This document shows positions 1 through 11,289 of a stretch of DNA of 64,000 bases, one piece after another. The notes beneath the pieces are model-generated. The model had not been told where the DNA came from and made no database searches. It saw only the letters and a list, made by a program, of their open reading frames with translations. This DNA is from Octopus sinensis (lineage: Eukaryota): NCBI RefSeq assembly GCF_006345805.1, contig NC_043002.1, positions 111,166,001 through 111,230,000 of the forward strand. The letters are read 5' to 3'. A program made the position numbers and the translations under genes. The stretch's first letter is position 1. Every line of letters starts with the position of its first letter.

Positions 1-329
1 AGTTGTTTGCCCAGATTAGTGTCATCCCATATCAAACCTACTTATAATGAAAGGTGTTCCGGCTGGAATTATCCTCTCCCTCTCGCAAGTATAGAGCAAA
101 ATGCATCAAGAATCACATTATCCTGTGTGTTCTTTTCCAGATGGTAGATTGTAATTTTAGAGCTGTAGCTGCTATTTATGTCAAAGGACCACATAGAGGC
201 CTTCTTATTGGCTTATGTCATCGAGGAAAAGAGCCGAATGCAGAGAGAGAGTGTGTGTGTGTATGTGTGTAGGGATTACACTTACACCTGTTTGTACATG
301 TATATGTATGTATGTTAATACCTGGCACT

Positions 330-422
330 TCATTGGTTCCAGCAATGAGGGTTTAGATTGAGCTGATCAGCGGAACGACAATGAGGGTTCCGGTTGATCC
401 GAATCAACGGAACAGCCTGCTC
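330..422 (-). mobile_element. 3' fragment of the long-tail tRNA-headed SINE (type OR-long), with a short internal duplication
   Basis: Reverse complement matches the ACGAGCAGGCTGTTCCGTTGATTCGGATCAACCGGAACCCTC tail of the copies at 16217 and 62647. Confidence 0.75.
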
Positions 423-768
423 GTTTCAGTCATTTGACTGTGGCCATGCTGGAGCACCACCTTTAATCGAGCAACTCGACCCCGGGACTTATTTTTTGTG
501 AGCCCAGTACTTATTCTATTGGCCTCTTTTGCCGAACCGCTAAGTTACGGGGACGTAAACACACCAGCATCGGTTGTTATTAAGCAATGTTAGGGGGACA
601 AACACAGACAGGCTTCTTTCAGTTTCCGTCTACCAAATCCACTCACAAGGCATAGGTCAGCCCGGGGCTATAGCAGAAGACACTTGCCCAAGATGCCACG
701 CAGTGGGATTGAACCCGGAACCATGTGGTTGGTTAGCAAGCTACTTACCACACAGCCACTCCTGCACC
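423..768 (-). mobile_element. tRNA-headed SINE family B
   Basis: Matches the family B consensus seen in 14 copies; lacks the central (TA)n. Confidence 0.9.
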
Positions 769-1242
769 TTTTTTTTTTTTTTTTAAGATATTATGGTATT
801 ATTTGAAGTGGGTTTTGTCTGCTGTTTCTTGCTAGTTTAAGTCACCACATGGATGCTTTCTAGTCAAAAAAAAGCATTCCACTGAGTTCTCTGTGGACAC
901 TTTTTATTGCTTTCATAAATGATTTTTCACAATGTAATTTTACCTACATTTGGTACAGATATTGTGTGTGTGTGTAATGAATACAGCCTAAGTCCAGTGA
1001 CTATCCATTAAGTTGACCAGAACATCAAGATAAGATTAATAACAGTTTACTTTGAAAGATGTGGATCATTACATCCAAAATAATTATTAATGGTTATATT
1101 GGTTACTGAATGGACAAATAATGGAAGTTGGAGATAACAGCTGGTCAATAGCAATAGTATTGTTTAATGTTACAGTGGCTTGTATACTTGGATAATTGCC
1201 AAAATGACTAAATATTCTGAAGCAGTTGTAAAATTTATTTAA

Positions 1243-1463
1243 CCCTTTAGTGTTTGCATTATTCTGCCAAAATTAATCCTTTTTTATCCACATTGCCTTG
1301 AACTAATCATGCATTATCTTGTAGCTATGAGATTTCAATGAGGTAGCTGTTAATTTTTAAAACGATATTGTAGGGTTGGTGTGAGGGACCAGATCTGGTC
1401 AGTTTGAACATAAAACAGGCAGAATACTTTGGGCCGGATATGGCCGGTTTAAATGCTAAAGGG
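1243..1463. mobile_element. piggyBac-type MITE family P1
   Basis: TTAA at 1239-1242 and 1464-1467; CCCTTTAG...CTAAAGGG termini; 221 bp; second copy at 45998-46218. Confidence 0.9.
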
Positions 1464-1896
1464 TTAAATTCAATGTGTGCTTGTGCTCAAAACCATTGGC
1501 CTATGATCTATCTAGCAGAGATGATTGGATTTCTGTAGGCATGTAATATGAAAGTGTAACACAAAATGTGTGTTAACATACCAGAAGTTTATGTTAATGA
1601 GTATAATGGCTGAAATATACTGAAGAAAATTTCTCATGAACTATTAACTCATAGAACCTTGAGAAATAAATATAAAATCTATTGTGTTAGTGGCCCCCAT
1701 TGGCGATAGATCAAAGGACTCAAGGCTTTAGAAGTGAGCAGAAAATAGTGTAGACATATAGAAAGATAGTGCATCACAGTGTTGTCAAACACTGATATGA
1801 AATCAATAATGTAAATAACATTACTGGAATGTTAGGCTGCTAGACCAAGAGTACTAATCAAGTTGAAGTCGGTAGTGAGTCCATGTTTAAAGGTTT

Positions 1897-4880
1897 GGGG
1901 GTGGGTGTGCTGAAAGTGTAACTGCTAGAGTAAGAATAGCCTGGGCAAAGTTTAGAGAGCTCTTACCCCTGCTGGTGACAAAAGGCCTCTCGCTAAGAGT
2001 AAAAGGCAGACTATATGATGCGTGTGTACGTACAGCCATGCTACATGGTAGTGAAACATGGGCCGTGACAGCTGAGGATATGCGTAAGCTTGCAAGAAAT
2101 GAAGCCAATATGCTCCGATGGATGTGTAATGTCAGTACTCATAATCATCAGAGTGTAAGTACTTTGAGAGAAAAGTTGAACCTAAGAAGTGTCAGTTGTG
2201 GTGTGCAAGAGAGACGGCTGCGCTGGTATGGTCATGTGACGAGAATGGCTGAAGATAGTTGTGTGCAAAAGTGCTACACCCTAGCAGTTGAGGGAACCTG
2301 TGGAAGAGGTAGACCCAGGAAAACCTGGGACGAGGTGGTGAAGCACGACCTTCGAACTTTAGGTCTCACCAAGGAAATGACTGAAGACCGAGTCCTATGG
2401 AAGTGTGCTGTGCATGAGAGGACCCGGCAGGACTAGTCAGGCCATATCCCGTGGCCCCTACCTGGGACGTAGTCGATCCACCTGTGCATACCTTCCTTCT
2501 TGTGACACTTGTGAAGACCTGCTGAGGCAAGTGAAAAATCAATCAAAATAGATGAACATCAATGGAATTTGTATCTTTGTGGTACCAGTGCCTGTGGCAC
2601 ACAAGAGAAAACCATCCAAACGTGGCCGTAGCCAGTACCGCATCGACTGGCCTCCGTGCTGTGGGAACATGGTGGCACATAAAAACACCATCCGAAGACC
2701 CGGCAAGATTAGTCAGGTCATAACCCGTGGGCCCTACCTGGGACGTAGTCAGTCCACCTGTACATACCTTCCTTCTTGTGACACTTGTGAAGACCTGCTG
2801 AGGCAAGTGAAAATCAAAACAAATCAAAATAGATGAACATCAATGGAATTTGTATCTTTGTGGTACCAGTGCCGGTGGCACACAAGAATCCATCCGAACG
2901 TGGCCGTAGTCAGTACCGCTTGTGGTACCAGTGCCGGTGGCACACAAGAATCCATCCGAACGTGGCCATAGTCAGTACCGCATCACTGGCCATCGTGCTG
3001 TGGGCACATAACAAACACCATCCGGTCGTGGCCGTTCGCCAGCCTCATCTAGCACCTGTGTCGGTGGCACATAAAAAGTAGTCAGTACCGCTTGTGGTAC
3101 CAGTGCCGGTGGCACACAAGAATCCATCCGAACATGGCCGTAGTCAGTACCGCATCACTGGCCATTGTGCTGTGGGCACATAATCAAACACCATCCGGTC
3201 GTGGCCGTTCGCCAGCCTCATCTAGCACCTGTGTCGGTGGCACATAAAAACACCATCCGAAGACCCGGCAAGACTAGTCAGGCCATAAACCATGGCCCCT
3301 ACCTGGGACGTAGTCAGTCCACCTGTGCATACCTTCCTCCTTGTGATACTTGTGAAGGCCTGTTGAGGCAAGTGAAAATCAAATCAAAATCAAAACAAAT
3401 CAAAATAGATGAACATCAATGGAATTTGTATCTTTGTGGTACCAGTGCGGTGGCACACAAGAGAAAACCATCCGAAAGTGGCCGTAGCCAGTACCGCATC
3501 GACTGGCCTCCGTGCTGTGGGCACATGACAAAAACACATCGATCGTGGCCATTCGCCAGCCTCATCTAGCACCTGTGTCGGTGGCACATAAAAACCACCA
3601 TCCGAAGACCCGGCAAGACTAGTCAGGCCATAACCCATGGCCCCTACCTGGGACGTAGTCAGTCCACCTGTGCATACCTTCTTCTTGTGACACTTGTGAA
3701 GACCTGTTGAGGCAAGTGAAAATCAAAATCAAAATCAAAACAAATCAAAATAGATGAACATCAATGGAATCTGTATCTTTGTGGTACCAGTGCCGGTGGC
3801 ACACACTTTGTGGTACCAGTGCCGGTGGCACACAAGAGAACCATCCGAACGTGGCATAGCCAGTTCCGCATCGACTGGCCTCCGTGCTGTGGGCACGTAA
3901 CAAACACCATCCGATCATGGCCGTTCGCCAGCCTCATCTGGCACCTGTGTCGGTGGCACATAAAAACACCTTCCGAAGACCCGGCAAGACTAGTCAGTCC
4001 ACCTGTGCATACCTTCCTTCTTGTGACACTTGTGAAGACGGTTGAGGCAAGTGAAAATCAAAATCAAATCAAAATAGACAAAATAGATGAACATCAATGG
4101 AATTTGTATCTTGTGGTACCAGTGCCTGTGGCACACAAGAAATCCATCAGTGCTGTAGTCAGTGCGGTGGGCACATGACAAACACCATCCGATCGTGGCC
4201 GTTCGCCAGCCTCATCTAGCACCTGTGTCGGTGGCACATAAAAACACCATCCGAAGACCCGGCAAGACTAGTCAGGCCATAACCCATGGCCCCTACCTGG
4301 GACGTAGTCAGTCCACCTGTGCATACCTTCCTTCTTGTGACACTTGTGAAGACCTGTTGAGGCAAGTGAAAATCAAAACAAATCAAAATAGATGAACATC
4401 AATGGAATTTGTATCTTTGTGGTACCAGTGCCGGTGGCACGTGGCACACAAGAAAACCATCCGAACGTGGCCGTAGCCAGTACCGCATCGACTGGCCTCC
4501 GTGCTGTGGGCACGTAACAAGCACCATCCGATCGTGGCTGTTTGCCAGCCTCATCTGGCACCTGTGTCGGTGGCACATAAAAACACCATCCGAGCGTGGC
4601 CGTCTGCCAGCCTCGTCTGGCACCTGTGTCGGTGGCACGTAAAAAACACCATCCGAGCGTGGCCGTTTGCCAGCCTCGTCTGGCACCTGTGTCGGTGGCA
4701 CATAAAATCACCCACTACACTCTCGGAGTGGTTGGCGTTAGGAAGGGCATCCAGCTGTAGAAACACTGCCAGATCTGACTGGACTGGTGCAGCTTTCGGG
4801 CTCCCCAGACCCCAGTTGAACCGTCCAACCCATGCTAGCATGGAAAGCGGACGTTAAATGATGATGATGATGATGATGAT
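1897..4880 (+). mobile_element. 5'-truncated RTE-clade LINE: open C-terminal ORF remnant (1897-2436), tandemly amplified 3' UTR, (GAT)n tail
   Basis: Protein ...YDACVRTAMLHGSETW...RRLRWYGHVTRM...GRGRPRKTW...W is the typical RTE C-terminus; ends ...CCCATGCTAGCATGGAAAGCGGACGTTAAA(TGA)n. Confidence 0.92.
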
Positions 4881-5164
4881 AATGTCACCAATAACTAGGA
4901 GTACTAACAGAAAACATTGCAAGTAATTTTCAGCATCAACAGAAAGGCAGAACTTTCTAAGAGACCACTAAATAATTAAAACAAGAGATCTGATTCTTTG
5001 TTTTATACAATAGTATTCAGTATATGAGATTTTCATTGAAAGTTGTCAAAAATCAATATTAAAGCTAAATTATTTAAGACTGGTCTGAAAAGAGTGGAAA
5101 AGTAGGGTCAGCAAAGAACTATATCAGATAGCTAAAAGAGAACCTAGGCATTAGGTTTATCTAG

Positions 5165-5378
5165 ATGTGATGGTGCCACATAAAAATTACTTGTGATGGT
5201 GCCATGTAAAAAGCACCTGGTACACTCTGTAAAGAGATTAGTATTAGGAAGGGCATCCAGCTGTAGAAACCGAGCCGAAACAGACACTTTGGGACCTGGT
5301 GTGGTCCTTGCCAGTTTCTGTCAAACCGCCCAACCCACACCAGCATGGGAACACAGATGTTAAAGGATGATGATGATT
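5165..5378 (+). mobile_element. Diverged RTE 3'-end fragment
   Basis: TTAGGAAGGGCATCCAGCTGTAGAAA motif and GATGATGAT tail. Confidence 0.75.
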
Positions 5379-5411
5379 GAAAGTTTTCATCATGTTGAGA
5401 ATGAAACATAT

Positions 5412-5581
5412 GCGCAGGAGTGGCTGTGTGGTAAGTAGCTTGCTTACCAACCACATGGTTCTGGGTTCAGTCCCACTGCGTGGCATCTTGAGCAAGTGTC
5501 TTCTGCTATAGCCTCGGGCCGACCAAAGCCTTGTGAGTGGATTTGGTAGACGGAAACTGAAAGAAGCCCGTCGTATATATG

Positions 5582-5614
<33 letters not shown>

Positions 5615-5817
5615 CTGTGTTTGTCCCCCTAGCATTGCTTGACAACCGATGCTGGTGTGTTTACGTCCCCGTCACTTAGCGGTTTGGCAAAAGAGACCGA
5701 TAGAATAAGTACTGGGCTTACAAAGAATAAGTCCCGGGGTCGATTTGCTCGACTAAAGGCGGTGCTCCAGCATGGCCACAGTCAAATGACTGAAACAAGT
5801 AAAAGAGAGTAAAGAGA
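5412..5817 (+). mobile_element. tRNA-headed SINE family B
   Basis: Head GCAGGAGTGGCTGTGTGG..GGTTCAGTCCC (A/B-box-like), CTTGAGCAAGTGTCTT core-like segment, central (TA)n(TG)n, AGTAAAAGAG tail. Confidence 0.92.
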
Positions 5818-6900
5818 ATACTTTTTCTCTTCAGTTCGATGTTAGTCTCATTGTCTAAATCATTCCAAGTTTCTTTTTTTCTCAACCATAGAATAATATA
5901 AATCTAAGATTATTCAGGATTTGAATTGCAGCTTCAGGCTCGATGATGTTTATTCGTTATTTTAGTAAATGTGGAAATATTCAAAATAGTAGTGGGCTTT
6001 TTTTTATTTTTACATTTGTTGTTTATGTCAATTTTGAAATATTAATATTGGAGAGAAATACAGACATCATCCATGTTACATAAACATTATGTTCCTAACA
6101 TTTTGCCATAATGTGAAACCTATTTTCTGGGATTCAGTGGGAAATTAGGTTTCACATTACAGGATTCCATATTACATGCAGCAAAATTTTCAGGTTGGTA
6201 ACACAAAGCAGAGGGTGCCTGTAATTGACAAGGGTCTCGAGCAGTGATTGTCAATCACAGTTCCCAGAGTCATATACACCCCCAACATCCTTCCCTCTAA
6301 ATATTATAAATTTTTCTATAATTGACTCGTTTTCCTTTTTTTTTGGTGTGGGAACCCACTAAAAGAAAATTTTTTTTGATCCAGCTTTTGTATCTGGCCT
6401 ACATATTGAAGAAGCTGAGAACCACTGGTTCAGCTGATTCAGAATTATTGCTTACACTAAACATGCAAGATGGGTATTTTCCCCCCCCCCAGTGTCATAT
6501 ATTATAACTGATAATTTAGGTCAGCATTTTTCTTATCATTTCTAACCTTTTCATTATTTAATCGATTTATTTAATCATAAAATATACTCTACTTGCATTC
6601 TTTTTGAATGGTCATATGTACAAACAGATCCATTATGATTAATCTGAATTTAGCTACTCAAAAACTTCCAATCTTTGTAATTATTCATGTATTTGATTCT
6701 AATACTTATGTGGATGTGTCCTGGAAACTATTAATCTGAAGAAAGTGTATTAATAATATATTATTAATACACTTTCTTCAGATTGCTTTCTCTTACTATC
6801 AGGCATTTCTCTTGCCAACATCTTTTATGTCTGTTTGCTTAAGGTTTCTCTTTATTTCAATAGATAACATAAAGATATTTATAAAAGTTAATTATATATA

Positions 6901-9159
6901 CTAGCAGAAAGACCGCCCTCCGGGCAGTTTCCTGCGTGCCCCTTCATAATATTTTCACGTTTGATTCTCAATTCAAATAATTTTTATATTTTACATCTAA
7001 TTATTTCTTTGTATAATAGTGCTCACTTGCTTAGTAAATATTGCTTTCATTATTTTATCACAGTCATAATCTTTTTTAAACAAACATCACAGTAGTCCAG
7101 CAACAGAGGGAGAAGCGGTTTGTCAGGTTTTACCTTCCCCTCAAAGCAACATAGAGATTTCAGTTCAGCAGCCCATCTTTAAGCTTTGCAGTGTGCATGA
7201 GTGAGAGAGAGAACATTGCAAATAATGAATGAAATAAACATGAATTGAAAAAAAATGTATAATTAAAAGGGCATTACTACATATGTATACACTCCCCACT
7301 TTGTTGCCTCATAACATCCAGAAAAATTTTCTACAAATAAATAAGCAGAGGTAAAGAATACACACACCATCCATTTTCAGTGTAACGCTTATCCTAAACA
7401 CTGGAAGTACATATTCTTGACCTTCGCCCATAAATATATATGCATGATTCTTTTTTGTGCGTGAGAGAGAGTGAGGCTGTATTTCCTCATAGCATATAGA
7501 GAAATGGATGTCTTTTAATATAATTTTTTTGGTTGTGGCTTATTTTAATACAATATTTATGTGTACATGTTCATAAATGTTTATCTGAGTTATGCATATG
7601 TGAAACATCGGATGAAAGTGATACTTTAGAAGCAAATCAAAATATTGTCTGGAAATGAACTCAAAATTGTGCGACCCAACCTAGTTCCTGACATTATTTT
7701 AGTTGTAAAAAGTTGTTGAGTTAAAAAACATAGTTTATTTGGTAGATAGATAATCAGCAGCTTTCTTCATTATAATACATGTGAGAAATTTGGAGAAACA
7801 TTACTTTCATTATTCATACATCTGTGCTATGGTGACTGACCCCAAAATATGTGAAATCCGACTCAATAAGAATAAGATTAAACTTAGATGTTTATTAAAC
7901 ACATAAATAAATAATTTAATGGATATAGATTAAATTATAGTATTTTAGCTTCACTTAATGTATATTATGTAATTACATATTTATATTTTGTTTTAATTAC
8001 TTGTATTTCAATTTTCTAGTAATGATATACTATAGTTTATTTTTTCTTCTATAAGCTAAAATATATTTTCATAGATAAAATAGATATATCTATTCTAGTT
8101 TTATTTACACCACGTTTTTAACAAGATAAATTTATTATATACACTAAGTCCTTGATTTAGTTAACAGAATATATTCAATAAGATATTTCATGTTTTTATT
8201 TTTAGATATATTGTTGAATTTTGTTCAGTTTTTATTGTAAAAATTATGTATATTTATATATATATATATATTCTTATAAGATAATATACGTACATTTATT
8301 TAATTATTTAATTGTTTTTATCTTAGACCTGATGAGTGTCTATATTTAAATTGAATTGATTTTATCGTTATCAATTTGAAAATATAGCCACGAAGCACGT
8401 GTAGTCTACTTACTAATTATATGCTATTTATTTATTATTTCGTACTTTATTTAGTTCTAGGTAAACGTTTCATCGTATTTTTAATTTTTTTCTATATTAT
8501 ATGATTTAAGAATTTCATTGTTGAATTGCTACATAGAGGTTCTTCCCTAATTTACATATATATATAGCCCTAGGAAACATCGACGTTTCCTGTCGGCTTT
8601 GACACATTTTTTGTTGAGTTGACAGTATACAACCACTATATCGCTCCATCACCGCTCATGTCTCTCTGAGACATTTAGAAATTCAATATTTCTAATTTTG
8701 GTGATCAGTAAATAAATTTTACTGAAAATAGGATATATTTGCAGAGAGGTTGCAGTCATCTCAGCGAGCGAGACTGACTACTCTGGACTGATGACGAGCA
8801 ATGGAGTCAGAAACATATGTCCTCAGGTGCTAGTCCCAGCTGGCGGGGGTGATTGCCTCCCCTTTGCAAATATAAGGACACAGAAGATGTGTCAAAGCCG
8901 ACAGGAAACGTCAATGTTTCCTAGGGCTAAATGACGGTGATGTAATTCCCTTATGGGACTGTCACGTTGAGTTGACAGTATTCAAAACTCTGAGTACTAT
9001 AATGAAAACCTTTTACTGTTTGTTCTAATTTGTAACATATATAATGAATCACGACTATAAGAGACCCAGTTTTGGTTAAACTGCACCGCAAAATGTGGGT
9101 GTAGTTAGGAATCTAAATCGTAGGAGACAGACACACAACTTCTCTTTTATATATAAAGA
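6901..9159 (-). mobile_element. Composite non-autonomous Helitron with captured cargo
   Basis: On the minus strand it starts A|TCTTTATATATAAAAG (9159) and ends with a GCCC-loop-GGGC hairpin and CTAG|T (6901). Its first ~115 bp (9044-9159) match the short Helitron family at 13721 and 23989. Confidence 0.78.
8324..8408 (+). ncRNA. Minimal type I hammerhead ribozyme motif (Penelope-type), probably impaired by an A15.1>G change
   Basis: Stem I TAGAC/GTCTA; CTGATGA 8329-8335; stem II GTGTCTATATTT/AAATATAGCCAC (11/12) plus inner AATTGAT/ATCAATT; GAAG 8392-8395; near-palindromic stem III GCACGTGT; GUA triplet 8401-8403. Confidence 0.72.
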
Positions 9160-9361
9160 TATTGCATCACTCAGCTATACAAATTAATCTCCCCACCAAC
9201 ACCATTGTAACACTTGAAGTTGAGGTTTTGTTACTTTGTCACAGAAAAAGTAGTCAGTTGTTTCCAACTTTGCAAGTGTAATCATATTCGTAGTATGCAA
9301 AGGAATAAATTACACATTTACCAGGTACAAATGGGTGATTAGCAAGCCTTATCAACTATTG

Positions 9362-9365
<4 letters not shown>

Positions 9366-9401
<36 letters not shown>
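9366..9401. repeat. (CA)n microsatellite
   Basis: Direct reading. Confidence 0.97.
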
Positions 9402-9403
<2 letters not shown>

Positions 9404-10069
9404 CAGCATCAGTGCCAAGCAGTGATTAAGAATTAACAAACTTTAGGTTATTTAAAATGTTTGTAACATATTTACATATTTCATCTTCTAAAGGCAAATT
9501 CACTGCAATTACCATGGAGAAAAAAATTGTTGTTTACTTTTTACTATAAGAGAGAATTTTTTTTTCTCCATGGTAACTGCAGTGAATTTGCCTTTAGAAG
9601 ATGAAATAACTCACAAGCACAAAGTTTGTGTGTGTGTGTGTGTGTGTGCTGCACACACTGTATTAAGAAATTTTCAAGTTGTTATACTGTTACAAGTATT
9701 GAGAGATTTGACACTTTGGAAGGAAATTGACAATATCCTTTCCCCTTTAAATTAATTTGGGATAAACAGTCCACTCCTGCTATGAAAAATGTTTATTTCA
9801 AGTATATTCAGTTAAAATTAGTGTACTTTGTTGAATTGACTGTTCAATTTGTTTGTTTTCTTTTATTTATGATGTAAATGTTAGTCATCAATATAAAAAA
9901 AAAAGTGGGAACCAAATGAAATATTTTCTTTACTCTTCTAATAATAAAGAGATGACACAATAATACTAATTAGCTATATTTCACTATTACAGAAGACTCA
10001 TCTACTCTTGACAAAACACATCTAACATGGGGGTGGGATTTAAAAGGTATTTTGTATGTTTCTGTGTGT

Positions 10070-10352
10070 ATCATCATCATCATCATCATTTAACGTCCGT
10101 TCTCCATGCTAGCATGGGTTGGACGGTTCGACCGGGGATCTGGGAAGCCAGAAGGCTGCACCAGGCTCCGGTCTTATCTGGCAATGTTTCTACATCTGGA
10201 TGCCCTTCCTAACGCCAACCACTCCGTGAGTGTAGTGGGTGCTTTTTACGTGCCACCTGCACTAGTGCCAGGCAAGGCTGGCATCGGCCACGGTCGGATT
10301 GGTGCATTTTATGTGCCACCGGCACGGAAGCCAGTCGAGGCGGCACTGGCTT
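10070..10352 (-). mobile_element. RTE 3'-end fragment (5'-truncated)
   Basis: (CAT)n tail, then TTTAACGTCCG..CCATGCTAGCATGGG; matches the 3' end of the LINE at 1897-4880. Confidence 0.9.
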
Positions 10353-11289
10353 CGTGTATGCAACTTTGGTAGATAGAAACTGAAAGAAGTATTAACACAC
10401 ACACACGCACACACTGCAGGCTACTTTCAGTTTCTGTTTACCAAATTGACTCAACAAGGATTTGTGAGTAGATGTGGTTGAAGAAAATTAAAGGGCTCTA
10501 TTGTATGTATGCATGTGTGCCTGACTTTTTGTTTCCTTGTCTTGAAATTGTCCATGCACTAATTGTAAATGTCTCTGACATACATACATTGCCATTGTGC
10601 TGTTGGTGTTCACTGGGAAATATTAATTTGTTTCATAATAGGTCAGGGTTGGGAACAAGAACATCTGGCCATGGAAAATCTACCTCAACAAATATCATCT
10701 AACCCATGCTAGCATGGAAAAGTGGACATTAAAAACAATGGTGCTGATGATGATATGTGGAATGAACTTCTTACAGCAACCAGTTTGTTAATATTACTGT
10801 AACATTGTTTTTTTTCTAATAGAAGAGGGTAAAATAAGAGAAAAAGAAAGAAAAAAAAGAATGTTGAAATAAATGCTAACTGTAGAGCAAAGATTTGAAA
10901 TAAATCAGAACTGTTTTACTACTAGCCATGAGGCAAACAGGTGTTGTCTACATTTAATCATTAATTAGTAGCAGAAGTGGAAAAAATTATTGAAATTTAT
11001 ATTAGTTCTTGAGTTTACTAATTTTTTCTGTTTTTCTTTTTCTGCCATAAACAATTAACTGAAGTAAAAAATATACAAAGAAAAGAAAGTGAGAGAGAAA
11101 CATCATCATCATTTCTGTTAATATTGAGTCAGATGTGAGTGAGTCACTGTTGCTAGCAAAAGTTATTGAATCACTAAAGTAATCAATTGGATTAATATAA
11201 AGTATAGGAATGAGGTGAAGGCTTTTAGTCATTTAAAGTAACTAAGAATAAAAGACAGGGCAAAGTATGTATGTGTGTGTATGGATGTG

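Noticed and set aside
3359-3385. CTGTTGA-GGCAAGT-GAAA in each RTE UTR unit as a hammerhead core
   Set aside because: The invariant A6 is U or C in all units, and neither stem II nor stems I/III can form.
2780-4720. CRISPR-like look of the regularly recurring GTGGCAC..CCATCCGA units
   Set aside because: The intervening sequences are themselves repeated rather than unique spacers, there are no cas genes, and the context is a eukaryotic LINE UTR.
5831-5860. TCAG|TTCGATGTTAGT (FDVS) as a possible p190 exon
   Set aside because: An in-frame stop follows within 8 codons, and FDVS is already encoded in exon 28565.
11002-11232. 76-aa minus-strand ORF with an S/D-rich stretch
   Set aside because: Low complexity, no recognisable motif or splice context.
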